Source: an uncultured Gemmatimonadota bacterium (GTDB taxonomy: Bacteria; JAAXHH01). From it: a DNA stretch of 64,000 nucleotides. Shown in pieces: positions 49,986 through 58,990 of the stretch. The position numbers and the translations under genes were made by a program. The stretch's first letter is position 1. Every line of letters begins with the position of its first letter. The DNA lies in assembly GCA_951812955.1 (NCBI GenBank), contig OX638340.1, forward strand, positions 928,001 through 992,000. Direction: 5' to 3'. The notes below the pieces were generated by a model. It ran no database searches, was not told the origin of the DNA, and worked only from the letters and a program-made list of their open reading frames with translations.

Positions 49986-51620
49986 ATGACTGGAAACGAA
50001 GCTATTGCGAAGATCCTGAAAGCCGAGGGGCTGGACTGGTTCAGCTGTTTTCCGCATCACCCGCTCATCGATGCCTGTGCGATCGAGGGCATGCGTCCCA
50101 TTCTTTGCCGCCAGGAACGGGCGGGTGTGAATATCGCCGATGGATTCAGCCGGATCCGGAACGGGAATACCATAGGAGTATTCATGATGCAGATGGGCCC
50201 GGGCGCGGAGAACGCCTTTGGCGGCGTCGCCCAGGCCTACGCGGATTCGGTGCCCATCCTCCTGTTGCCCGGCGGTCCACCGCGATCCCGCACGGGCGCC
50301 GGTCTGGCCTTCGAATCTATGGAGAACTACCGCGGCATCACCAAGTGGGTATCGAACATCAACTCGGCCGCACGTATACCGGAGATGATGGGACGGGCAT
50401 ACAGCCTGCTGAAACAGGGCAAGCCGGGACCGGTCATGTTGGAAATCCCCGGGGACGTGGGAGAGGAGGAGATACCGGACGAGGCCTTTGACTATACCCC
50501 TGTGAAACCTTTCAAGAGCGGCGCCGCTCCCGAGGACGTGCGAGATCTCGTGTCTGCGCTGCTCAAGTCGGACTGTCCGGTAATCAGCGCCGGCCAGGGC
50601 GTGCTGTACGCCGAGGCTACGGAAACGTTGATTGAATTCGCGGAATGGACCAAGACCCCGGTCATGACCACGCTGGCCGGCAAGAGCGCGTTCCCGGAAA
50701 CCCACCCCCTGTCCCTGGGCACCGGCGCCGCCTCCCACTCCCTGATGGTGGCGGAATACCTCAAGAAAACAGATTTCTTCTTCGGCATCGGTACGAGCAT
50801 GACCTCCGGGTTCAAGTCGGAGGTGCCGGCGGACGCGGCGCTCGCACAGTGTGTCATCGGCCATGGGGATATCAACAGGGAGCACCGCATCGACTACGGG
50901 GCTGTGGGGGATGCGGGTGTCGTGCTGCGGCAGATGGTCGAGGAAGCAAAACGCCAACTCGGAGGCCGTCCCCGAACCGACGAGCGCGGCGACATCGTGG
51001 AAATCGCCCGGCTTAAGAAGATCTGGCTGGCCGAATGGGAACCGCAATTCCAATCGGACGAGGTCCCATTGAGTCCTTACCGCGTATTTCGTGAGATCGC
51101 CGGGGTGGTGGATGGCAGACACACAATCATTACCCACGACTCCGGTTATCCCAGGGAGCAGCTCGCGCCTTTCTGGGAAACGGTGACGCCGAGAAGCTAC
51201 ATCGGCTGGGGCGCTTCCACGCAGTTGGGATACGGACTCGGACTGGCGATCGGCGCAAAGATCGCCGACCCGGAGAAGCAGGTCGTCAACATCATGGGCG
51301 ACGCGGCATTCGGCATGTCGGGACTGGACGTGGAGACCGCCGTGCGGTCGGAGATCCCCATAATTACTGTGGTACTAAACAACGGGGTCATGACCCATTA
51401 CGATCACCACATGGCCTACGCTTCGGAGCGGTGGGGCAGCAACCGGTTGGGCGGTGACTACGCCGCAGTGGGCGCCGGCCTGGGCGCCTATGCCGAGAAA
51501 GTGACAGAACCGGAACAAATCGCTCCGGCCATCCGGCGGGCCGTCGAGGCCAATCTCGAAGGCAGGCCGGCGGTCATCGAGACGATCACCAAGGTGGAAG
51601 AACACACGTCGAGATATTGA
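49986..51620 (+). CDS. Thiamine-pyrophosphate-dependent enzyme of the acetolactate synthase / sulfoacetaldehyde acetyltransferase / benzoylformate decarboxylase superfamily
   Basis: Three-domain TPP enzyme architecture with a GDAAFGMSGLD...NNG TPP-binding motif. Confidence 0.8.
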   Translation: MTGNEAIAKILKAEGLDWFSCFPHHPLIDACAIEGMRPILCRQERAGVNIADGFSRIRNGNTIGVFMMQMGPGAENAFGGVAQAYADSVPILLLPGGPPRSRTGAGLAFESMENYRGITKWVSNINSAARIPEMMGRAYSLLKQGKPGPVMLEIPGDVGEEEIPDEAFDYTPVKPFKSGAAPEDVRDLVSALLKSDCPVISAGQGVLYAEATETLIEFAEWTKTPVMTTLAGKSAFPETHPLSLGTGAASHSLMVAEYLKKTDFFFGIGTSMTSGFKSEVPADAALAQCVIGHGDINREHRIDYGAVGDAGVVLRQMVEEAKRQLGGRPRTDERGDIVEIARLKKIWLAEWEPQFQSDEVPLSPYRVFREIAGVVDGRHTIITHDSGYPREQLAPFWETVTPRSYIGWGASTQLGYGLGLAIGAKIADPEKQVVNIMGDAAFGMSGLDVETAVRSEIPIITVVLNNGVMTHYDHHMAYASERWGSNRLGGDYAAVGAGLGAYAEKVTEPEQIAPAIRRAVEANLEGRPAVIETITKVEEHTSRY

Positions 51621-51721
51621 GCACAATACGAAGACGCGATGATGGTGAAGTGAATGCGATGCGGACGTACGCGTAAATTACAGTTCGCCGAAGTTTTCAG
51701 GTGGAATTCCACCGGAGCGCC

Positions 51722-53161
51722 ATGCCCAGGATCCTGATCGGCACCTTTTTCCAGGAAACCAACGATTTCCATCCCAACGATACGGTCTACGAAGATTTCG
51801 GTATCTCGCGGGGCGAAGAGATGCTGGAGGAACCGAGCGGCGTGGTCGGGGGTGCCGTAGATACACTCGCCGCCCGGCCAGGCATGGAAATCGTGCCTAC
51901 CTACAGCGCCGCGATGGGGGCGGGGGGCACGATAACGCAGGCGTGTTTCGAGCGTACCACGTCGGAATTGCTTGACGCAATAGCCCGGGAGAGATCCGGG
52001 ACCGACGGGGTGTACCTGAATCTCCACGGCGCAATGGCCGCGGAAGTCGAAAAAGACCCGGAGGGGTTCGTTCTGCAGGAAGTACGGCGTATTGTAGGGC
52101 CTCACGTGCCCGTGGTCGCCTCCTTCGACATGCACGGCACGATCACCCGGCGCATGCTGTCCCACATGGATGGGTGCAGCATCCTGCATACCTATCCACA
52201 CATCGACTGGTACGAGACGGGCGCCAGGGCCGCCGGGGTACTGCTGCGTATACTCGACGGAGCGCGGCCGGTTATAGGAACCGTGTACACGCCCACCATG
52301 GTTCGTGGCGACGAACTCAAGACCGCCTCCGGGGTCCACGGCACGTTCATCCGGTACCTGGAGCGCCTGGAAGAGCGTAATGACGTCCTCGCCGGAGGCA
52401 TCATGCTCGGACATCCGCCGACGGACTGTCCGGAGCAGGGTTCTCGCGTCGTCGTGATTACGGACGGGAACCGGGACCTGGCGGAACGTGAAGCGTTGCA
52501 TATCGGCCGGAGCTTCTGGAACATGCGGTCTCACATGCAGTGCGTGCTGCACAGCGTGGAAGAAGGCATCCGGATCGCGGCGAATGCCGCGGGAACGGTT
52601 GTGTTCGCCGACGCCGCCGACGCCACCAGTTCCGGCGCGCCGGGCACCAGCAATACCATGCTGAAGGGGTTCCTCGAAAGCGACTACAGGGGGAGCGTAC
52701 TGTTCCCCATCCGTGACGACCCCGCCGTAGAGCGGGCCATGGAAGCGGGTGTCGGCCAGACGATTACTGTTCCCCTCGGCGGTACGCTTGACCCACGCTT
52801 CACCCCCGTGGCGGTTACCGCGACGGTGGAGGTACTGGGCCGGCGGGACGATACACCGGTCGCTGTGCTGAAATGCCGAAATATCACGATCTTTCTCGCG
52901 GCTTCCGGCCCCCTGCTGTGCGACCGTTGGATGTATCCCGCCTTCGGGCAGGACCCGAAAAACTTCGACGTCGTCGTCAAGAAACTGCCCCACACGCCGG
53001 ATGAGTGGTACGACGACTGGGCGGAGCGTACCATAACCATCGATTCCCCCGGCGCCGCGAGTCCGAACATTCCCACGCTCGGCCACCGGTTCGTCCCCCG
53101 GCCGATCTATCCCCTCGACCCCGCTATGACCTTCACGCCGGAAGTGGAGGTGTACGAATAA
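51722..53161 (+). CDS. M81 family metallopeptidase (MlrC-like; DUF1485/DUF1446)
   Basis: N-terminus MPRILIGTFFQETNDFHP matches the MlrC N-terminal pattern; length about 480 aa. GGAG Shine-Dalgarno upstream. Confidence 0.65.
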   Translation: MPRILIGTFFQETNDFHPNDTVYEDFGISRGEEMLEEPSGVVGGAVDTLAARPGMEIVPTYSAAMGAGGTITQACFERTTSELLDAIARERSGTDGVYLNLHGAMAAEVEKDPEGFVLQEVRRIVGPHVPVVASFDMHGTITRRMLSHMDGCSILHTYPHIDWYETGARAAGVLLRILDGARPVIGTVYTPTMVRGDELKTASGVHGTFIRYLERLEERNDVLAGGIMLGHPPTDCPEQGSRVVVITDGNRDLAEREALHIGRSFWNMRSHMQCVLHSVEEGIRIAANAAGTVVFADAADATSSGAPGTSNTMLKGFLESDYRGSVLFPIRDDPAVERAMEAGVGQTITVPLGGTLDPRFTPVAVTATVEVLGRRDDTPVAVLKCRNITIFLAASGPLLCDRWMYPAFGQDPKNFDVVVKKLPHTPDEWYDDWAERTITIDSPGAASPNIPTLGHRFVPRPIYPLDPAMTFTPEVEVYE

Positions 53162-53279
53162 ACCCGCGCGGCTGTCCTCCCGTACCGGTACTTCCCGAAG
53201 GGTCATTGACGGCCGGACCTGACCGGAGCGTTGGCCAGCGTATCGGCAGTTTCCTTCCCTTTATCCTCCCGGGTGTTGC

Positions 53280-54212
53280 ATGAACCGGCACGTTACCAGC
53301 GGCCGCTGGGGCCTGGGGCTTGTCCTGAGCCTGTTCACGATTTTCGTGTGGGGCGGGCTGCCCATCGTCCTGAAAATCATGCTGATCAGCCTGGACGCGT
53401 TCACGATGACCTGGTACCGTTTCGTCGTCGCGGCCGTGCTGATGGCGCTGATCGTGCAACGGCAAGGTCATTTTCCCCTGATCCGTCAGCTGCGGGGCGG
53501 TTATTTGCTGGTCTTCCTCGCGGCGGTTATGGGCTTCAGTTGCGCGTACGTATTCTATCCCCAGAGCCTGCAGTACATCTCGCCCAGCGCCGCCCAGGTA
53601 GTCAACCAGATCTCGCTGCTGTTCCTCCTGCTGGGCGCCATGCTGCTGTTCAAAGAGCGGATGACGCGTATACAGGTATTCGGACTCATGCTGCTCACGG
53701 GCGGCATCGTCCTGTTCTTCAACGAGCAGTTGTCGGAACTTCTGTCCGGGGACAGCGCCATGATCCCGGGCATTCTCTGGGTAACCGTCGCGGCGCTCGC
53801 GCTCTCCACGTACACGCTGACCCAGAAGCAACTGCTACAGGTCCTGCCCACTTCCGTCATCCTGTTCCTGATCTACTCGGCCGGATCAATCCTGATCCTA
53901 CCCTTCGTTCGGTTCGACTCGCTGCTGGCGCAGGACTCCTCTCAGATGATCCTGCTGAACGTATCGGCGGTGATTTCCCTCGTGGCATTCGTAACCCTGG
54001 TGGAGTCCCTGAAACACCTCGAGGTCTTCAGAGTCAGCATGGTCCTGTCGGCCGCGCCCCTGGTTACCGTCGTCGACATGATGATAGCCGCTCCGCTCGT
54101 ACCCGGCCTGCTCCAGCCGGAAAACCTCAACTTCCTCAGCGTATCCGGCGCCGTGCTGGTCGTCGTCGGTTCCATACTCGGTAACCTGAGGCGGACAGCG
54201 AAAACCAAGTGA
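53280..54212 (+). CDS. DMT superfamily (EamA-like) transporter
   Basis: 10-TM duplicated EamA architecture. Confidence 0.75.
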   Translation: MNRHVTSGRWGLGLVLSLFTIFVWGGLPIVLKIMLISLDAFTMTWYRFVVAAVLMALIVQRQGHFPLIRQLRGGYLLVFLAAVMGFSCAYVFYPQSLQYISPSAAQVVNQISLLFLLLGAMLLFKERMTRIQVFGLMLLTGGIVLFFNEQLSELLSGDSAMIPGILWVTVAALALSTYTLTQKQLLQVLPTSVILFLIYSAGSILILPFVRFDSLLAQDSSQMILLNVSAVISLVAFVTLVESLKHLEVFRVSMVLSAAPLVTVVDMMIAAPLVPGLLQPENLNFLSVSGAVLVVVGSILGNLRRTAKTK

Positions 54213-54294
54213 GCGCTGGCGCATTCGTCCTGAAGCGGGTTTACTGAAGATCCACGCAACAGGAATTGGCGGAACGGGATCTGGCGGAAGGATT

Positions 54295-54810
54295 ATGACA
54301 ATGAGACCACTCGTGGTCATGGGTTTACGGACCCTGGCTAATCTGGACGCGAAAGAAACCATGTACGAGCAGATCGACCGGAACGAAATCCGGGCGACGG
54401 GGCGGTTCGCAGGGGATCACCTGGAGACCATTGCATCGGGGGGGTTCGCCCTCGGCATCCTGTCCAGCCACAGCGTTGCGCGCATCGAGCGGGTGATCGA
54501 TCACCTGGGATGGTCCCACCTGTTTCGGTCGGATCATCTGATCTCTTCGGATCCACTGGTCCGGAAAGACGCCTCGAACTGGGAGGGATGGCGCAGGGAA
54601 TACCAGGCGCGCGGGCTTTCGCTCCACACGGTGGTCGATATCGGGGAAACGCTGATCAGGAATCTCGCCGGGTCGAGTGCATTCGACGAAATAGACAAGT
54701 ACTACATCACCGATGACGCGAGCGTGCGTATCGAAGGAGCGACACGCATAACGGCCCTGGACCGAACGCTGGCTTATCGACAGGCGTCCCGGTCATCACA
54801 GGACCGGTGA
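54295..54810 (+). CDS. Hypothetical protein, possibly a degenerate HAD-like hydrolase lacking the N-terminal DxD nucleophile motif
   Basis: Weak resemblance of the C-terminal half to HAD motifs II-IV (GILSSHS, VRKD, VVDIGETLIRNL). The N-terminus has no DxDG. The stop-containing 3' end is duplicated (ccggtgaacaac x2, period 20). Confidence 0.35.
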   Translation: MTMRPLVVMGLRTLANLDAKETMYEQIDRNEIRATGRFAGDHLETIASGGFALGILSSHSVARIERVIDHLGWSHLFRSDHLISSDPLVRKDASNWEGWRREYQARGLSLHTVVDIGETLIRNLAGSSAFDEIDKYYITDDASVRIEGATRITALDRTLAYRQASRSSQDR

Positions 54811-54893
54811 ACAACCCCGGGCGCCGGTGAACAACGACACGGGCCAGGCAAAAAAGGTTGACATTACCTGGCAGGCTTCGCGGAACCTGGCGA

Positions 54894-54983
54894 GTCGTTT
54901 AGCCGCACGTAGTCGTTGGGGCGCGGGTCGTTTAGCCGTACGTAGTGTTTGTGACACGAGTCGTTTAGCCGCACGTAGTCGTT
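54894..54983. repeat. Three copies of the 24-bp unit gtcgtttagccg(c/t)acgtagt(c/g)(g/t)tt, separated by 9-bp spacers (period 33)
   Basis: Read from the sequence in a convergent intergenic region downstream of the M20 gene. Too short and too few units to be a CRISPR array; no cas genes. Confidence 0.85.
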
Positions 54984-54994
54984 TTGGCGCGCGG

Positions 54995-56320
54995 CTACTG
55001 GTTGGGCTGTAGTGCTCTTGCGTTCAAAAACTCCAGCACCAGGTGGGTCATCGCGCGCATGCCCACCGTGACCGATTCGCTGTCCGCCGTCATGGTCGGG
55101 GTATGCAGGCCGCCGGAGGGCTGGCCGGGCCTGGTGACGCCGAGCCGATAGAAGAAACCTGGAATAACGTTGGAGAAATAGGCGAAATCCTCGCCGCCCA
55201 TCGTCGGGGGCAGCTCCAGCACCTGGTCTACGCCGGGCGCTCCGGCCAGGTAACCGGCCATTTCGCGGGACAGTTCGGGGTTGTTGATCACGGAAGGCGT
55301 GCCGCGGTCGTAGTTCAGTTCGAAGGCACCGCCATAGGCCCCGGTAATGCCTTCCAGGATGGTATTCATCCGGCTTTCCACCCGGTCCCGGACATCGGGA
55401 TTGTAGGTGCGCACCGTTCCCTCCAGGTGGACTTCCCGCGGTATGATGTTGAAGCGTTCTCCGCCGCGGAAGATACCCACGGTGACCACGCTGGGTTCCA
55501 GCGGCGACAGGGTGCGGGACCGGATCGTCTGCAGGGCGAGTACGATTTCGGACGCCATAACGATGGGATCGATGCCCTCTTCGGGACGGGCGCCATGAGC
55601 CTGTTTGCCCCGTACCTTGATATAGAAATGGTCCACGGCGGCCATGGCCGGACCAATGGTATAACCGACCGTGCCCACCTCGAGGGAAGGCAGTGCGTGG
55701 AGGCCGAAGATAGCCTCGGGCGCGGGGTCTTCGAGGACTTTCTCCCGCACCATCAGGTCCGCTCCACCCTCTTCGCCCGGGGGAGGCCCTTCCTCTGCCG
55801 GCTGGAATATGAATTTGACCGTGCCCGGCAGGTCGGCCTTCATATCGGCCAGCACGGAAGCCACGCCCAGTTGAACGGCGGTATGCACGTCGTGGCCGCA
55901 GGCGTGCATGACGCCCACTTCCTTCCCGAGATAGGACGTCCGCACGGTCGATTTGAAGGGTAGCACCGTCTCCTCCGTCACCGGCAGGGCGTCCATGTCC
56001 GCCCGGATGGCTACCACCGGACCGGGCCGTCCGCCTTTCAACACACCGACCACGCCCGTATGGGCGACACCGGTCTGAATCTCGATGCCCAGTGCGGTGA
56101 GATGCTCCGCGACCAGTTCCGCAGTCTTGAATTCCCGATTGCCCAGTTCCGGGTTCTGGTGGATATGCTCGCGCTTGCGGATGGCTTCCGCCCGGTGCTT
56201 TTCCACGAGCGCGGTCACGCTATCCTGTTGGGCAACCGCGTTTCCCGTCAACACGTGGAGACCCAGACCGAGTGCCGTGACCGACATGGCCTTCAGCGCC
56301 CAAATCACGCTTCTTTGCAT
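54995..56320 (-). CDS. Secreted M20D family amidohydrolase (N-acyl-amino acid amidohydrolase / hippurate hydrolase-like)
   Basis: Signal peptide and M20 metal-binding motifs (HACGHDVH, GGED). Confidence 0.8.
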   Translation of the reverse strand: MQRSVIWALKAMSVTALGLGLHVLTGNAVAQQDSVTALVEKHRAEAIRKREHIHQNPELGNREFKTAELVAEHLTALGIEIQTGVAHTGVVGVLKGGRPGPVVAIRADMDALPVTEETVLPFKSTVRTSYLGKEVGVMHACGHDVHTAVQLGVASVLADMKADLPGTVKFIFQPAEEGPPPGEEGGADLMVREKVLEDPAPEAIFGLHALPSLEVGTVGYTIGPAMAAVDHFYIKVRGKQAHGARPEEGIDPIVMASEIVLALQTIRSRTLSPLEPSVVTVGIFRGGERFNIIPREVHLEGTVRTYNPDVRDRVESRMNTILEGITGAYGGAFELNYDRGTPSVINNPELSREMAGYLAGAPGVDQVLELPPTMGGEDFAYFSNVIPGFFYRLGVTRPGQPSGGLHTPTMTADSESVTVGMRAMTHLVLEFLNARALQPNQ

Positions 56321-56329
56321 ACGGTGCGC

Positions 56330-58093
56330 CTACCTTTCCCAGGGAAAAGCGAAGGACGGCCGGTTGGCGTAGCGATCCATGGCCACGCGCAGCCTGCTGC
56401 CGCACCCGGGTTCGAGGGTCACCGAAAAGCTGGCGCCGTCGACCACGGTAGACCCGTTTTCATCACTGACTTCCAGGATCTGGTGTTCACCGTAAGCGCC
56501 GCCCTGGACGGTCACGGTCCGGGGGGACACCTGGTTGGTATTCACCAGCGTAACCACGGCGCTGTCGTCATGGAGTTCCTCCACGAGTGCGGCCACGTCC
56601 TCGGGCATGCCGGGGCGCACCCTGACGGGATCGAAATACCGGAAACGGCAGTGCAGGGGATGGCCGAAGTGCTCCGTGGGTATGCCACCGAGCATGAGCC
56701 GGATCAGGGCGTCCACCTCGGCGGGATTCGTGCCGTTCATGTCGTCCGAAAGGCGGGTATCCGGCGAGGTAAGGTCGTTTCGCAACCGCTCCATTTTCGA
56801 TCGAACCGACGAGATGTCCTCCTGCAGGGCTTCTTCCGGATAGTCCGGGTTCTGCCCTTCCAGGTAAGCGATCCAGCCTTCCATGGGCAGCCGTTCCAGG
56901 TCGCGGCGGTCCATGGACCAGTAGTAGACATGCTCCGCGCCACCAGAGAAGGGTTCGGGCTGGTAGTCGTACCAGCCGTCGTCGCCGTGCATGCGGGGAT
57001 AGAGCGTCTGGCCGTTCTCGACCTTGCTGTGGGCGTTGACCCCGTCGATGACGCCGCGCCAGGTGTCCACGTATTTCTGATCGCCCGTCAGCAGCAGCCC
57101 GTTGCCGAAACTCCAGTGGACGCGGATCAGGAAGTAGGGACGGTGCGCTATTTCCCCGGTCTGGGGCACTATGGTCGAGAATCCCCACCCGTACGCCCCG
57201 CCGTACCATCTTCCGCCGCACTCCCCGCCGATGCTCCCGTCCAGCCCGATATTCGTGGGTATGATGCCGTTGTTCTTCTCGGTCCGTTCCACCCAGGCGT
57301 CCAGGTAGTTCTTCGTCCACTCGCCGTAGGTCTCGTCTCCGTCGATCATGTAGGCGTTCAGCGTCATCGTGGTCACGCCCATGTTCAACGGATGGTCGCC
57401 GGCCACGTCGTTGTAGTCCTTGAAATGAGCGACCATCTCTTCGTAGTTCCGTTCTCCGTGCCCCAGCCTGAAACGGCCCTCGACCTCAATGGAATCGCCG
57501 GCCCAGTCGAGCCCCGTTGCCTTGCGCAACATCGGACCCCGGCTGCCGTTGAACATGCTCTTGATCACGCGGTGCTCGGGGATGTAGTTGTCCGCGATGG
57601 GATCGTTGCCCATGTAGAACCCGCAGAAGCGACGCGTACGGTCGATGAACTTCTTGTCCTGCGGATCGCACAGTCCCTGGAGAAAAAAGGCGGTGAAGCC
57701 CTCACCGTTGTGCATCCAGTCGAACATCGTGGGGAATTCCCTGAAATACATGCCGTCCCGGGCGAATTCGACCTCGGTGGTCTTCGCCTCCGTATACTGC
57801 AGCAGGTGACCGTCCCAGGCCTTCTTATACAATTCGTATACGCGTTCCGAAGCGCCAATCGCATAGAGCTCCGGCCAGTTCGCGAAGTTTTCCGCCGCGT
57901 CGTCCGGTCCGTCGTCACCGCCCCAGCGAGGGACGCACTGCAGGTACCCGCGTTCGTCGAAGTATTGGTCGTAGAACGCTTCCACGGCCTCTTCCTGCTG
58001 TTTGATCAGGTTCAATTCGAGCAAGGCCCAGGATGGAGGCGACATGGGTGACGCGACGCGCAAGCTACGCGCCCCCGTCGAGACGGACGGCAT
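56330..58093 (-). CDS. Uncharacterised 587-aa protein (no family recognised)
   Basis: Normal coding composition (W/Y/D/E/K-rich), in contrast to the antisense ORF. No motifs that I can assign. The start is possibly internal (MSPPSW at 58045). Confidence 0.5.
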   Translation of the reverse strand: MPSVSTGARSLRVASPMSPPSWALLELNLIKQQEEAVEAFYDQYFDERGYLQCVPRWGGDDGPDDAAENFANWPELYAIGASERVYELYKKAWDGHLLQYTEAKTTEVEFARDGMYFREFPTMFDWMHNGEGFTAFFLQGLCDPQDKKFIDRTRRFCGFYMGNDPIADNYIPEHRVIKSMFNGSRGPMLRKATGLDWAGDSIEVEGRFRLGHGERNYEEMVAHFKDYNDVAGDHPLNMGVTTMTLNAYMIDGDETYGEWTKNYLDAWVERTEKNNGIIPTNIGLDGSIGGECGGRWYGGAYGWGFSTIVPQTGEIAHRPYFLIRVHWSFGNGLLLTGDQKYVDTWRGVIDGVNAHSKVENGQTLYPRMHGDDGWYDYQPEPFSGGAEHVYYWSMDRRDLERLPMEGWIAYLEGQNPDYPEEALQEDISSVRSKMERLRNDLTSPDTRLSDDMNGTNPAEVDALIRLMLGGIPTEHFGHPLHCRFRYFDPVRVRPGMPEDVAALVEELHDDSAVVTLVNTNQVSPRTVTVQGGAYGEHQILEVSDENGSTVVDGASFSVTLEPGCGSRLRVAMDRYANRPSFAFPWER

Positions 58094-58177
58094 AGGACAG
58101 TTCCTTTCTTTTTTACATTGGGGATGGTGTAAGAAAAGGGATCAGCAGTAAGGTTCCCGGCGAGTTGCCATGTTTAG

Positions 58178-58990
58178 TCAGGAAGTCAGGCCACGACCGT
58201 GCCGCTTGCTACGCTCGGCGCTTTCCCGAATGAATGCGAGCAGGTACTCGACTTCTACGGTCCGTTCCACTTCATCCACAACCGCTTGAACCGCCTGAGA
58301 AACATTGAGCGAAGACCGGTGGAGCAGACGATAGACCTCTTTGAGCGTGCGGATGGCCTCATCGGAGAACCCGCTGCGTTTCAGACCGATGGTGTTGAGT
58401 GATACAGGTTTCAGCGGGTCGTGGGCGTACTTGATGTACGGACAGATGTCCTTGGTAACCATGCCGCCCCCGCTGATGAAAGCGTTGCGGCCAATTCGGA
58501 CGAACTGGTGTACCGCGACGAGTCCGCCGGTTATGGCGAAATCTTCGATTTCCACGTGGCCTCCCAATTGCGTCCCGTTGGCGAGAATCACGCGGTTGCC
58601 GATCACGCAGTCGTGGGCGACGTGCACGTAGGCCATGACCAGGGTATCGCTTCCGATCACCGTCTTCCCCAGGGCGCTGGTCCCGCGGTTCAGCGTGGTG
58701 AATTCGCGGATCGAAGTCCGGTCGCCGATTTCCAGTATGGACTGTTCACCAATGAATTTCTGATCCTGGGGTATGGACCCCACCACGGCTCCGTGATAGA
58801 TCCTGCACTCCGCGCCGATGCGCGTATGGGCGCCGATCAGCGCGCCGGATGCGATCTGCGTACCCGCTCCGATGATCACATTGGGTTCCACGATCGTATA
58901 CGGACCGATGCTGCACCCGGAACCCAACTCCGCGTCAGGATGGACGATGGCTGTCGGATGGACCTTGGTTTCGGTGGTTATGTCCGTCAC
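58178..58990 (-). CDS. lpxA: Acyl-ACP--UDP-N-acetylglucosamine O-acyltransferase LpxA
   Basis: Left-handed beta-helix hexapeptide repeats and an LpxA C-terminal helical domain. Confidence 0.85.
   Translation of the reverse strand: MTDITTETKVHPTAIVHPDAELGSGCSIGPYTIVEPNVIIGAGTQIASGALIGAHTRIGAECRIYHGAVVGSIPQDQKFIGEQSILEIGDRTSIREFTTLNRGTSALGKTVIGSDTLVMAYVHVAHDCVIGNRVILANGTQLGGHVEIEDFAITGGLVAVHQFVRIGRNAFISGGGMVTKDICPYIKYAHDPLKPVSLNTIGLKRSGFSDEAIRTLKEVYRLLHRSSLNVSQAVQAVVDEVERTVEVEYLLAFIRESAERSKRHGRGLTS

Noticed and set aside
54894-54983. Possible CRISPR array.
   Set aside because: Only three 24-bp repeats with 9-bp spacers, and no cas genes in the window. This is inconsistent with CRISPR architecture.
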